Below, in pieces: positions 48,634 through 58,524 of a stretch of 64,000 nucleotides of DNA (positions are counted from its first letter, which is position 1; each line of letters starts with the position of its first letter). The notes beneath the pieces were generated by a model. It was not told where the DNA came from and did not search any database. It worked only from the letters and a program-made list of their open reading frames with translations. The position numbers and the translations under genes were made by a program. Source of the stretch: Escherichia phage vB_EcoS_Uz-1; sequence record OP312987.1. One strand, 5' to 3'.

Positions 48634-48752
48634 GCTTAGGTCATAAGGCAGCAGGTAGGTTTAATCATCTCCTCCCTTCGGATTTGATGACCGAGGATAG
48701 CAATAGGATACTTACCAGTATCCTGAGAGGTGATGTAACGCATAGCTTTACC

Positions 48753-49283
48753 TTAAAAGATCAGATGGGAAGCTGCATAATACTCAATAGAGGGCAGAAT
48801 CTTCTCATACTGCTTGATTGCCATAGCATCACCAGCAAGTGTCCAGGCTGCTTCACGAGTACGTGGCAGACCTTTGTACTGACCAGTCTGATCTTGTGCT
48901 ACCAGACATTCAGGCAGGGCATCTCGTACATCCTGATAAGACATACAACCACGAACCAGGCGATATACAGTCTGGTTCACAAGGTGTACTTCCATAATCA
49001 GACGACTGGAGGCTTTCAGATACTTGTCCATTGCAGGCCATAGTTCTGGATTAAGCGTTAATCGTTCACCATAGGTTGGGGGTCTGGTAGCATTAGAACG
49101 CTGATAGAACTCCCCTTGGTGAAGGAATCCAGCCGATACATCTACACCATTGATGCGATCATTCTTATCAATGATACCGTTTAACACACCATCAAGACGA
49201 ACCAGTTCTGCTAAGAACAGGTGTTTGACTATCTCGCTGCTATTGGCAACTTGACCAATAGTCGCTGAACCAATCTGAGGCAT
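48753..49283 (-). CDS. hypothetical protein
   Basis: 176-aa ORF between helicase and polymerase genes. Confidence 0.55.
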   Translation of the reverse strand: MPQIGSATIGQVANSSEIVKHLFLAELVRLDGVLNGIIDKNDRINGVDVSAGFLHQGEFYQRSNATRPPTYGERLTLNPELWPAMDKYLKASSRLIMEVHLVNQTVYRLVRGCMSYQDVRDALPECLVAQDQTGQYKGLPRTREAAWTLAGDAMAIKQYEKILPSIEYYAASHLIF

Positions 49284-49293
49284 ATATCCTCCC

Positions 49294-50604
49294 TTAGAAA
49301 GTTAGACCACCATACTTACTGGCAAGATTGCCATAGAACACTACACGCTTACGGGCACGAGACACAGCTACGTAAAGCAGACGAGCAACCATATCCGGTT
49401 GGCGACAACTTGAGAGGTCATTTGCATCAATGAAGATTGTGTCGTAAGTAGAGCCTTGTGATTTATGGACAGTACATGCATGGGTAGCACGTAGGTCTGG
49501 AATGGTTTCTTTAAGACGGAAGTAAGGTTCCCAGTTTTTCTCTTTACCTAACCATTTAACCAAACGGTTGAAGTAGTCTGGATCAGTAGGAACTGGAACT
49601 TCACTTACGATACCACCGTAACCAAGGTCAAGAGTACTATCACGAACTTCCAGTTCCAGGTCACCTGTAACCTTAATCATGCGAGTACTACTATCCTGGT
49701 CGATGAGTTTTACGTCTTGCTCGATAGACAGACGATTATCCACACCTAAGCGAACAGCAGAGTTAGATACTAGTTGCTCGCCGATGGAGTACTCACCTAC
49801 GTAACCATTAGCTTCACGGATGTAGTTATTGTAATTAATAACCTGGTCATTCGTATAAGCAACAATACGGCTGTTGGTAGGTTGAGTGAAGTGACTGAGA
49901 ACCAGTCTCTCCATCTCTTCTTCCTGTACCCAGTCAATGATACCCGGAATACATTTAATAGGCAGGAAGCCTGTCTTACCCTCCACCGTATCACGCAATT
50001 GCTGGTGCAATGCTTTAAGTTCCGGTGCATCAGTACGCATCTGTTCAGTCAGATAGTGTGTTGGGATATTACCTGCATACACTGGAGACTTATTCTCTTT
50101 AACAGGTAAAAGCTGAGAAGCATCGCCTACGAATACCAGTTTGCACTGGTGAGTACCTTCACGAGCATACTTAAGTAACTGGCGGTCAATCATGGATGCT
50201 TCATCTACGAAGATGATTTTGTTCTTCTTAATATTGAATGATTTAGATGGTACGACATTAGCCTCACCAGTCTTAAAGTCATTCTTAACAATCAGACCCT
50301 GGAAGGAGTGATAGGTAGATGTTGGACGTCCTGTAGCTTGAGCCAGTACTTCAGCAGCTTTGTTCGTGGTCGCAGTCATGACAACTTCGTTATACAGAGG
50401 CTTGGTTCCCATTAGAGAACAAGTTTCTATATATGCAGGCATAGTGTCATCAATGAGGTGCGACATCAGGAATGTCTTACCAGTTCCCCCAGGTCCACTA
50501 ATATTGAATTCTGAGGCATTAGGGTCGAGCAGGAAGTCGAAGAACTCCTTCGCAACCGCTTCTTGCCCCTGGTTCAGTGGGGCTTTGGTAGGTTTGGAAA
50601 ACAT
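49294..50604 (-). CDS. SF1 DNA helicase (Dda/RecD-like)
   Basis: Walker A GPGGTGKT, Walker B IFVDEASMI, LVFVGDASQLLPV motif; 436 aa. Confidence 0.8.
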   Translation of the reverse strand: MFSKPTKAPLNQGQEAVAKEFFDFLLDPNASEFNISGPGGTGKTFLMSHLIDDTMPAYIETCSLMGTKPLYNEVVMTATTNKAAEVLAQATGRPTSTYHSFQGLIVKNDFKTGEANVVPSKSFNIKKNKIIFVDEASMIDRQLLKYAREGTHQCKLVFVGDASQLLPVKENKSPVYAGNIPTHYLTEQMRTDAPELKALHQQLRDTVEGKTGFLPIKCIPGIIDWVQEEEMERLVLSHFTQPTNSRIVAYTNDQVINYNNYIREANGYVGEYSIGEQLVSNSAVRLGVDNRLSIEQDVKLIDQDSSTRMIKVTGDLELEVRDSTLDLGYGGIVSEVPVPTDPDYFNRLVKWLGKEKNWEPYFRLKETIPDLRATHACTVHKSQGSTYDTIFIDANDLSSCRQPDMVARLLYVAVSRARKRVVFYGNLASKYGGLTF

Positions 50605-50637
50605 TAAAATCTCCAGTAAAAAACCCTCCGTAGAGGG

Positions 50638-51105
50638 TTAGATGTATGGGGTTAAATCCGGGGGAGTGTAGTCTTTCCCCTTCATGACTTTCTTGTTCTC
50701 ATTGAAGACAGGTTCCCCATCCTCAAACTTAGAGTAGTTAGAGCGATTGACCTCACTCAATGCTCCCGGGACATTCATCCCAAGGAAAGTACCGACGCCA
50801 GTTGCTGTAACAATCTGGTCTGCCAGTGAATCCAGCAAAGCCAAGCGATTGCTATTTGCTGGGAAGATAGCCATGTGGTCTGCTTTCATCAGCAGAGATA
50901 ATTTACCCAAAGCAGCCTGTGCATCGGCTAACACTTGCATACTATCCTCGCAGGATGGGGTCAACTCATCTAACATTTCTGCTACTTCTTCCAGATGACA
51001 ACCAATCTGGGTACTAATGTTCTTACTCGTCGGATTTGGTACTGCTTTCCGGAACCAGGCTTCCGTATTTACCAGCGTACAAACGGATGAACTTGTCATG
51101 CTCAC
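50638..51105 (-). CDS. hypothetical protein (acidic helical; weak MazG-like resemblance)
   Basis: 155-aa ORF; HLEEVAEMLDE segment loosely resembles an EExxE pyrophosphohydrolase motif; true start may be internal since it overlaps the upstream gene by ~80 nt. Confidence 0.4.
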   Translation of the reverse strand: MSMTSSSVCTLVNTEAWFRKAVPNPTSKNISTQIGCHLEEVAEMLDELTPSCEDSMQVLADAQAALGKLSLLMKADHMAIFPANSNRLALLDSLADQIVTATGVGTFLGMNVPGALSEVNRSNYSKFEDGEPVFNENKKVMKGKDYTPPDLTPYI

Positions 51106-51418
51106 TCTCTTGGTTAAGGTGGCGATTATTATATGCTTCCAGAATCAAGTCTCTTACATATGAGCGAATCTCATAAGCAGGACCAACTTGTTCTGACAGC
51201 CAATCTGCCACATGGGTTGGTAATGGACGGAGTACATTCTCCATGAACGTCCGACGTGTGTCGGCTGGTTCAATGTTTAAAGAACGCAATCGCAGAGTAA
51301 CCGTAGTGGGGTGAACCCCCAACGTCTTAGCGATAGTTGCGAGGGACAGACCAACAGCATTCATACGAATGATGTCTTCATCAGTTGCTTTGCGATTACT
51401 TCTGAATACTTTAGACAT
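51023..51418 (-). CDS. helix-turn-helix DNA-binding protein
   Basis: N-terminal MNAVGLSLATIAKTLGVHPTTVTLRL resembles an HTH; 131 aa. Confidence 0.55.
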   Translation of the reverse strand: MSKVFRSNRKATDEDIIRMNAVGLSLATIAKTLGVHPTTVTLRLRSLNIEPADTRRTFMENVLRPLPTHVADWLSEQVGPAYEIRSYVRDLILEAYNNRHLNQESEHDKFIRLYAGKYGSLVPESSTKSDE

Positions 51419-51480
51419 AGCTTATTTCCTCTTCAAAGATAGCCTCACTTTATTACAAGTGAGGGCATTTGAACAGGCTA

Positions 51481-53529
51481 TTACTTAACGTGCTTTGACA
51501 GCTTAGTAGCCAATTTGCTCTCTTCTTCAGTCAGACCCATTGCAGCTGAAGACTTCTTAGCTGCACGCTTATAGTCTTGTAGGGCATGACCTTTCTGATA
51601 GTCAGAGATAGGACTATCTTCAGGATGTACGCAGATTATCATGGCATGTTTACCAGTAATGGCAGGCTTATATTTAGTGGGTAGAACGGTCTTAGCTTGC
51701 TTCACTGGTTTTGGTTTGCCGATGGGTTTAGCTGTGTAAGTTGTACGTACATCAGCAATCTTAGCCACTACATCGGAACCAACTCCTAAAGCAGCCCATG
51801 GCTTACGGGCCTTGCCTCGCATTTCCACAAGCAAATCAGCAGCAGCTAATTTATCTTCTGGGGTTGTTGCATTGAGGAACTCTTTGACCAGTTCCTGGAT
51901 TTGTTCTTTCACAGTAGGAGCCTTCTTAATAACGGGTTTAAGGTCAGTAGCCTTCACTGGTTCAGAAGCTACAGTTTCATTCAGTGACTCTTCCATATTC
52001 AGTGCTTCTTTATTAGCAACTGTACGGAATTGTTCTACAGAACCAGATGTGAGATTAGTATATTTGAGGTTAGTACCACGATGTCCACCAACCATAACAA
52101 GTGTGGTAGGTGAACTATGGTTCCCAACGATGGCATCATTAAGCAACTTCTTACCTACTTCTGTCTTAGACAGATAGATACCGTTGTTAACGTTGCAACG
52201 TTCCTCTTCCGGCAGTTCAGCAATAATGTGATATGCAGATACACGCATCTTATTAGTGCTGTACTGAGGAACAGCAAATACATCTTCTGGTGCTACTTTA
52301 CCAAGGATAGTTACGTTACCACCGAAGCTACGAATGTAGCTCATGGATGCTACATGCAGACCATTAGAACAGTCCTGGCGACGGTCAGGGTCTACCAGGT
52401 CTTCGCGTACCTGCACTTTACATCCTACCCATTGACGAATGTTGCCTGAGTGACAATCAACGAATACACGTTTACCATTCTCTAGACTTCTATACTTCAG
52501 ACGTTTCAGGAACAGGATTGAACCATCATCAGCAATAGGTAGCTCAGCAGTTTCCATGAACTTCATCAGGTCTTCAACTGAGTGTAGACGGTCTTTAATT
52601 ACTGGAGCCAGACGCTCAAGGAACTTAGTAAAGCCCTTGTAGTCTTTCAGTTGGGCAGACTGACGCAAGTGACGTTGCAGGTTCTCAACTCCAGGGATAA
52701 CCCCATCGTTGGTAACAGCAACAACCACTTCATCTTCCTTCACATCAGTGTGGAAGTTAGCGTCATCAGTACTAATAGCACCCAATGCAGCCAGTTTCTC
52801 AGAAGCAGCAGCCAGCTTATCCTGATTCGTAACTTTAACCTCTTCTACATAAGGCAGTGGAGTTTCATCGCGACTGGTAAATACAATGTGTACTCCTTTG
52901 ATATGTTTGGCTTGTTTAGCAAACTCACTCATTTCATCATCGGATACTGCACGAATTGCAATAGGCCATTCTTGCTTAAGAATGCTGTCAGTATGCTTAT
53001 AACTCCAACACAGTACATCATTAATAAAACGAACCAGTGCAGGATGGTTATGGTCCTTGTCCCAACCAGTAACCCACATCAGATTGTCACGTTTATCGTA
53101 ACAACCGTCTGCTACTGTTACTTCTGGTTCATTAGCCTGGACAGCCAGGAAGGTATCCATAGCTCTAGACACCAGCGTCTTAGTGGGATTTCCCAGCTTA
53201 ATATCTGAGACGATTCGGGCTGGTTGAGTACTTGTACCATCTTCGAAGAACTCTTTGAGTTTAGCCTTAGCTACCTTGAAGAAACGGACGAATCCGTTAG
53301 TGTTCTTCTCTGCTTCCAGATATTCAGTACGCAGGTTTACTTCTGGTGCAATGTTTACTTCTATCTGGTCTTTGGTAGTTCCCAGACCTTTGGTTTGTGC
53401 TTCAGATACAATACGAGCAACCCGTGGGTCGCTCTGAGGATATACAATCGTGGAGCCATCAGGCTTCCACAGTGTAAGGTTACGACTGTCAACTGCCAGT
53501 GCGATGATAGAAATCAGTTCGATTTTCAT
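51481..53529 (-). CDS. large hypothetical protein, rIIB-like candidate by position
   Basis: 682-aa ORF downstream of the rIIA-like gene; no motif verified. Confidence 0.4.
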   Translation of the reverse strand: MKIELISIIALAVDSRNLTLWKPDGSTIVYPQSDPRVARIVSEAQTKGLGTTKDQIEVNIAPEVNLRTEYLEAEKNTNGFVRFFKVAKAKLKEFFEDGTSTQPARIVSDIKLGNPTKTLVSRAMDTFLAVQANEPEVTVADGCYDKRDNLMWVTGWDKDHNHPALVRFINDVLCWSYKHTDSILKQEWPIAIRAVSDDEMSEFAKQAKHIKGVHIVFTSRDETPLPYVEEVKVTNQDKLAAASEKLAALGAISTDDANFHTDVKEDEVVVAVTNDGVIPGVENLQRHLRQSAQLKDYKGFTKFLERLAPVIKDRLHSVEDLMKFMETAELPIADDGSILFLKRLKYRSLENGKRVFVDCHSGNIRQWVGCKVQVREDLVDPDRRQDCSNGLHVASMSYIRSFGGNVTILGKVAPEDVFAVPQYSTNKMRVSAYHIIAELPEEERCNVNNGIYLSKTEVGKKLLNDAIVGNHSSPTTLVMVGGHRGTNLKYTNLTSGSVEQFRTVANKEALNMEESLNETVASEPVKATDLKPVIKKAPTVKEQIQELVKEFLNATTPEDKLAAADLLVEMRGKARKPWAALGVGSDVVAKIADVRTTYTAKPIGKPKPVKQAKTVLPTKYKPAITGKHAMIICVHPEDSPISDYQKGHALQDYKRAAKKSSAAMGLTEEESKLATKLSKHVK

Positions 53530-53533
53530 CAGA

Positions 53534-53779
53534 TTAGTTACCTTTCAGTTTATTTAGACGATTACGGTAGAGGGACTTAAACCCAGGAATATCCTCTGGA
53601 TTCTTCTTAAGGTGTTTGACCAAACTACCTAAGTCCAGCGTCTGTAGGATGTCATTTTTATTCCAGCTATAACTGAATAATTCTTTGTAATCATTAAGTA
53701 TTTTAAAGTACTTATGATTACGCGGATTAGTCATTATTGCATATGGCTCTAAGTCATCCACTGACTTAATACAACCCAT
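53534..53779 (-). CDS. hypothetical protein
   Basis: 81-aa ORF between the rIIA-like and 682-aa genes. Confidence 0.45.
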   Translation of the reverse strand: MGCIKSVDDLEPYAIMTNPRNHKYFKILNDYKELFSYSWNKNDILQTLDLGSLVKHLKKNPEDIPGFKSLYRNRLNKLKGN

Positions 53780-53880
53780 TTCAACAAGTTTTTCTTTGTT
53801 GTCGTGTGGTCGATTCCGTAGAAAGTCATATGCCCATTCATATTCTGGTTTAAAAATCAGATTCTGTAATGGTTTGAAGG

Positions 53881-55263
53881 TTAGACCAGTATGTCTAGGA
53901 TTTCCCAGTATTCCCTGTCATCCAGTCCTACGTATTCCAGAATACCAATACGGTGTTCAGTAACATATTTCTTGAAGCCTTTACTGGTAATAACTGGCAT
54001 CAGCTCCATAAAGCGAACATCATCAATGTGGATAGCACCTCTCCGTTTGGCCTTGTTAGCTTCGATTTGATTACGGCAGACAACAGTCTCTGCTCTCATC
54101 TCATCAGATAACTCATACCATTTCCACATGGTTCCAATTCGAGCAGTTACTGGGCTACCTGAACCAACCTGATTGGCTAGTACGTAGTACTTAGGTTGCT
54201 CTACTTCAACGAAACCAGACTTATCATGGCGACTTGGGTCTGCAAATTCCTTCTGAATATAAGGCTTTGGTTCCCAATCCCCATTTTTATTCCGTATTTG
54301 GGTAGCACCAAGAACTGCATTCAATGAAATCAGAGAATTAGTTTTACCTCCTGCCTTGGTTTTATTGGCAGCGATTGTCTTAGACCGTTTCTCAGCAGCT
54401 ATCTTAGCTTTCTCTCTACGGAAGTTAGTTGGTTTGTCCCACTCATTATATTGAGTAAGGTCGATTACCCGATAACCCATAGCAGTGAACTTAGCCACAG
54501 CTTCTTCTGCTGCACCCTTCTTAGGTCCAACGACGTGAACAAAAGCTGTACGCTCCAGGTCACCTCGATCGTACTCAGGGAAGTACGAGAAAGAGTCTGC
54601 ACAGTCAGACAAACGTCGGGTAACTACAACGTTTTTGGTAGTGAATATGCCAATACTTTGGTGGGAGTTATTGTATATCCTAAAGTAGTCAGTAAGTTTA
54701 CCTTTTACCAAGTCAACACGGTTACCTTGATTCATTATGTAACCAGACCACTTAATACCAGAGGTTTTCAAAGCAGCCAGCTGAGGTAAGTGCAGATGGC
54801 GATATACTAATTCCGAGAATGGGGAGTATGTACTTTCTTCACGAGTATCCTTAAGAGCACGCATAGCCTTACCATACAGTTTCTTAAGACCTGCGTATTC
54901 AGGACGAGCTAATAATGCCTTATTGGATAAATTACGCCAGTGCTTGATGTAATGCTTACGTTGCTTAGCCCACAAACTAGAGGACATATAGCGTTGAACA
55001 GTTCTGTCTGTAACAGCACCCAGGAATGATGGATACTCCCAGAAGCGAGTAGAGGATTTAGAAGCATATTCTTCAACCTGCTTAATGGCTTCAGGAATCT
55101 TAGCCTTAATCTCTTTCTCCATACGGTCTACTAAATCTACACATAGAGTAGTAATACCATCGTCGGTTAACTTCTGGTTAGACAGCGTTTCTCGACTAGG
55201 AGCAATAGCTAAAGTGTCTGGTGCAGCCTGAACTACTAGATTAGAAGCACCAATAATATTCAT
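53881..55263 (-). CDS. rIIA: rIIA-like protein, C-terminal fragment
   Basis: 460-aa ORF starting 17 nt after the GHKL-ATPase ORF in another frame with no SD; its frame is open ~20 codons upstream into the other ORF's end. Confidence 0.55.
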   Translation of the reverse strand: MNIIGASNLVVQAAPDTLAIAPSRETLSNQKLTDDGITTLCVDLVDRMEKEIKAKIPEAIKQVEEYASKSSTRFWEYPSFLGAVTDRTVQRYMSSSLWAKQRKHYIKHWRNLSNKALLARPEYAGLKKLYGKAMRALKDTREESTYSPFSELVYRHLHLPQLAALKTSGIKWSGYIMNQGNRVDLVKGKLTDYFRIYNNSHQSIGIFTTKNVVVTRRLSDCADSFSYFPEYDRGDLERTAFVHVVGPKKGAAEEAVAKFTAMGYRVIDLTQYNEWDKPTNFRREKAKIAAEKRSKTIAANKTKAGGKTNSLISLNAVLGATQIRNKNGDWEPKPYIQKEFADPSRHDKSGFVEVEQPKYYVLANQVGSGSPVTARIGTMWKWYELSDEMRAETVVCRNQIEANKAKRRGAIHIDDVRFMELMPVITSKGFKKYVTEHRIGILEYVGLDDREYWEILDILV

Positions 55264-55280
55264 GAAGTTGAGGATAAGGC

Positions 55281-56099
55281 CTACAGCTTCTTCACTAGCT
55301 GGGCTGGATACAATTGGTACATTACATTACCGTAGCGAACGTATATGTTACTGCTACCCATATAGCCTTGATACCATCTATCAGACATATCATATGAACC
55401 AGGTTCAAATGGCATGCCTAGTGTATCCAGTAGAGTGTAGTCGCCTTGTTGAATACTATTACTCTCGTCTGTTCTAATGAGTTTGGGAGTACTTAGCTCA
55501 GCTTTAATTTCACCGTTAAACACAATTGATTTGATGTAATGAATAAAGGTATTTAAATCATGTTTGCCTAACTGGAATTTAACTTCCAGACCAGATTCCT
55601 CAGTAGGAATACCAGTAATAATAGGAACAATACCAGGCTTACCATCATTCTCAATTGCAGCCTTAGCTACGTTATATACAGACATCTTCCCTTGGTTCCA
55701 TGATGTAACCTGGAAGCTATCTGTATAAGCGAATGGGGATTTACATCCCAGACCAAAGCCACCAGTAACACTACTGTTGGACTTCTTGGTAGATGCACCA
55801 TAGACACCATAAATGGAGCCAATGAGTTCATCTTGGATACCGTTACCGAAGTCACGGAAGGTAATAAAGTTGTCAGTATCAATGGTAATACGGATAGGAG
55901 TATCAGTCTTACCTGCTTCAATATGGGCATCCCAACTGTTACAGATAGTTTCACGGACTACTGCCAGAGTAGGGTTGTTATACAAGGAAGTACTTAATAC
56001 ATGAAAGAATGCCGGGTCATCAGAGATGCCAAAGGCGATTGCTTCTTTGCCACCCAGTGTCGCTGAAGTGGCTGATTGATTGGTATCTGCAACTAACAT
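55281..56099 (-). CDS. rIIA: rIIA-like protein, N-terminal GHKL (Bergerat-fold) ATPase fragment
   Basis: ExxxNxxDA-type VRETICNSWDAH, DxGxG-type FRDFGNGI and Gly-rich VTGGFGLGCKSPF motifs, as in GyrB/Hsp90/MutL-type ATPase domains found at rIIA N-termini. Confidence 0.65.
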   Translation of the reverse strand: MLVADTNQSATSATLGGKEAIAFGISDDPAFFHVLSTSLYNNPTLAVVRETICNSWDAHIEAGKTDTPIRITIDTDNFITFRDFGNGIQDELIGSIYGVYGASTKKSNSSVTGGFGLGCKSPFAYTDSFQVTSWNQGKMSVYNVAKAAIENDGKPGIVPIITGIPTEESGLEVKFQLGKHDLNTFIHYIKSIVFNGEIKAELSTPKLIRTDESNSIQQGDYTLLDTLGMPFEPGSYDMSDRWYQGYMGSSNIYVRYGNVMYQLYPAQLVKKL

Positions 56100-56126
56100 T
56101 TATTTACTCTCCAGTTTAAATGTTGC

Positions 56127-56375
56127 TTACATTAGAACTTGTTTACACTTATCAAAAATAGCTTTACGAAGTTCAGCTTCTTCCCGTGGTTCATCATTAG
56201 GATGGTGACCTACAGGACTATTTTGAAAAGCATTCATTAGGAATAAGACCTGATACTCGGTTAAACCATTAATCTGAATGCTATACGTTTTCTCTGAGGC
56301 GATATTTACATTAGCCATTGCGTTTACCTGCCATTGCTTGTAATACAAACACAGCCATATCTGATGCCATGTCAT
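56127..56375 (-). CDS. small hypothetical protein
   Basis: ORF track 82 aa; probable start at internal Met (MANVNIAS...) near 56318 because of overlap with the upstream ORF. Confidence 0.4.
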   Translation of the reverse strand: MTWHQIWLCLYYKQWQVNAMANVNIASEKTYSIQINGLTEYQVLFLMNAFQNSPVGHHPNDEPREEAELRKAIFDKCKQVLM

Positions 56376-56685
56376 CTGTTATATCGTTGACCGTTCCATA
56401 TGGTAGTGGGCCGTTCTCTTCCCAGTTATCTAACGTGTTTTGTACTTCAGCTAAACCAGCCTGAATCATTTCCTTGCTTGGTTCCAGCCATAACTTACGT
56501 TCCTCTGCTAGTGCAGCGATGCATATGCATAGAGAGGCAATGTTAGCTGGACAAGCAGCAATATCACCAGTTACTGCAATCTCACTGAGTGGGACAGCCT
56601 TACCGGTTTTACTATGAATTACTTCAGGGTTAATCATGAATTTGCTCCAGGTTATGGGCAGGAATAGGGAAGCATGGATAGTCAC
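56311..56685 (-). CDS. hypothetical protein
   Basis: 124-aa ORF. Confidence 0.45.
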   Translation of the reverse strand: MTIHASLFLPITWSKFMINPEVIHSKTGKAVPLSEIAVTGDIAACPANIASLCICIAALAEERKLWLEPSKEMIQAGLAEVQNTLDNWEENGPLPYGTVNDITDDMASDMAVFVLQAMAGKRNG

Positions 56686-56842
56686 CGGTAGGGTCCAGTG
56701 TTACTGACACATGCAGTGTATTTGTCATTTGGGTTAGCATCTGAGCAGCATTGAAATCATCCTGGATACAGGCATATACAATGTCGCCCTTCTCACCCTC
56801 ACACATTACGGGTGTGTCTTTGATACGGTATTTAGCAGGCAT
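56630..56842 (-). CDS. small hypothetical protein
   Basis: 70-aa ORF immediately downstream of a minus-strand terminator. Confidence 0.4.
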   Translation of the reverse strand: MPAKYRIKDTPVMCEGEKGDIVYACIQDDFNAAQMLTQMTNTLHVSVTLDPTGDYPCFPIPAHNLEQIHD

Positions 56843-56867
56843 ATGCCCTCCTGAAAGAGTTAATTGA

Positions 56868-56897
56868 AACCAAAAAAGACCTCCCGGAGGAGGTCTT
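56868..56897 (-). terminator. intrinsic terminator
   Basis: AGACCTCC-CGGA-GGAGGTCT hairpin followed on the minus strand by TTTTTTGG. Confidence 0.7.
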
Positions 56898-56901
56898 AGG
56901 T

Positions 56902-57117
56902 TTACTTACGATTTTGTTCTACAAATCGTATCATTTGTTTTTTCACTTCTTCTTGCTCACGAATTGCTTCGTAGTCACGAGCAAAGTAGTAAACACACCA
57001 TAAACCAATCTCGCTTACAAAGAACAGAATACTAGCTCGAATGAACTGCATATCTGTTTCTACGACAAAGGCAACTTTGTATGCGTAGGTCAGTGTTAGT
57101 AGGGTACTAATTAGCAT
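56902..57117 (-). CDS. small membrane protein
   Basis: 71 aa with two hydrophobic segments. Confidence 0.5.
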   Translation of the reverse strand: MLISTLLTLTYAYKVAFVVETDMQFIRASILFFVSEIGLWCVYYFARDYEAIREQEEVKKQMIRFVEQNRK

Positions 57118-57136
57118 TGCGTATAGAGCTAGTTTT

Positions 57137-58081
57137 TCATTCTGTAATTGTTTCTCCGGGGATTAGTTTACGGAATTGGATGAAATCCAGTAAGTTGCCA
57201 GAATACAGCTTACCTTCACGGTCCATAGATGTAACACCCTGTTCCCATGTTAATGGGTTCTGGTTGTTCACATACTTATCACCAACAGTCATAGGAGTTG
57301 CCTGGTGTTCGGTAGGGGATGCATGAATAGGTTGGTTTTCAACTAACTTAGCAAACAATCCTAAGTCCTCTTCAATAGTAGATGGACGGCCTTCGAAATT
57401 GTTGTAAGAAGCACGAGCACAACGAGCAGCACTTACTTTAAGAAGTAAGCCATACACTTCTTCACGACTTGGCTCATCACGAGTAATTCGCTGATGTTTG
57501 CAGTAATTATAAGCCCCGACACGATCAATATGAGCAATATACGGTAAATGCCATTCCCCTTGTGGGAGTGCTCTCGTAGTGCTTTCATTGTGTGCCTTAC
57601 GCATTGCTTGAGCCAGTTCACGAATCTCTGGTTGAGCGTCCTCATGGTCACGCAATCCATAGAAGTTAGTCCAGCTAGTTGAAGTTACCACTACACGGAT
57701 ATGTGTGAATGGTTCCAGAATACGGTTAACAATCTGCTTATGTACTTGACCACGACGAAGCATTTCTGCATAGGTAGCAGCACTGGACGCAGCCTGATTC
57801 CAGATAAAGATTGCATCTACGTTGGTCTTCGGACTGAGTTCCTCAAATGCCTGCATACCCTTCTGGTTCTTACCCCAGTGACTTGGCATCACTGGTTCAT
57901 TACGAACCTGTTCGATGAACTTAGAAGTAGGGATAGCACGACTACTTGAAGCATTTCGGTTGAATACACGGTGAGTCATAAACTCACTGTGGATGAATCG
58001 GGGGTAAACCAATTCAAAGGTAGTAATACGAGTTCCTGTTTCTGGGTGAACGGAATCTGCAATGACAGTTGCCTTAATCAT
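57137..58081 (-). CDS. thyX: ThyX-like (flavin-dependent thymidylate synthase family) protein, tentative
   Basis: Segment TTFELVYPRFIHSEFMTHRVFNRNASSSR resembles the ThyX core around the RHR...S.R signature as recalled, with T in place of the first R; 314 aa. ThyA motifs absent. Confidence 0.45.
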   Translation of the reverse strand: MIKATVIADSVHPETGTRITTFELVYPRFIHSEFMTHRVFNRNASSSRAIPTSKFIEQVRNEPVMPSHWGKNQKGMQAFEELSPKTNVDAIFIWNQAASSAATYAEMLRRGQVHKQIVNRILEPFTHIRVVVTSTSWTNFYGLRDHEDAQPEIRELAQAMRKAHNESTTRALPQGEWHLPYIAHIDRVGAYNYCKHQRITRDEPSREEVYGLLLKVSAARCARASYNNFEGRPSTIEEDLGLFAKLVENQPIHASPTEHQATPMTVGDKYVNNQNPLTWEQGVTSMDREGKLYSGNLLDFIQFRKLIPGETITE

Positions 58082-58524
58082 TAGAATGACCTTAGATAGT
58101 TGGTGATACCACTTCTCGTCTCTGTAATCCTCTTAACCTGAACATATACCAGCTTAAACTCACTACGAGGTAGTTCTTGTAATACTGCTATACCTTCGGT
58201 AAGGGCCACAGAACACGCTACAGCGGTTTCTTTTTTAAAGGAGTACAAGTCTTCATACATGAGGGCTTCATACTCCCTACGGAGCATACAGAGAGCATCT
58301 CTTGCTTTATCACTTACTTCTTGTGAACCAGCAGACATAGCTAAGCTGTATATGATAAAGACTTGTTCAAAAACAAAGTCCAGTAATCTATCAGGATTGT
58401 TAGTCCCCATAAATAATTTTGTTGTGTAGGAACGAGCTTTACGGTTGAGTTCATACTCATCCTCTATGCCTTTATTGTAAAGAACAGGATTTCGTTCCCT
58501 TTTCCGTAGGAATGGGATACGCAT
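58081..58524 (-). CDS. hypothetical protein
   Basis: 147-aa ORF. Confidence 0.5.
   Translation of the reverse strand: MRIPFLRKRERNPVLYNKGIEDEYELNRKARSYTTKLFMGTNNPDRLLDFVFEQVFIIYSLAMSAGSQEVSDKARDALCMLRREYEALMYEDLYSFKKETAVACSVALTEGIAVLQELPRSEFKLVYVQVKRITETRSGITNYLRSF

Noticed and set aside
57137-58081. Classical ThyA thymidylate synthase
   Set aside because: No ThyA-type motifs recognised; the resemblance is to the ThyX core, and even that is tentative.
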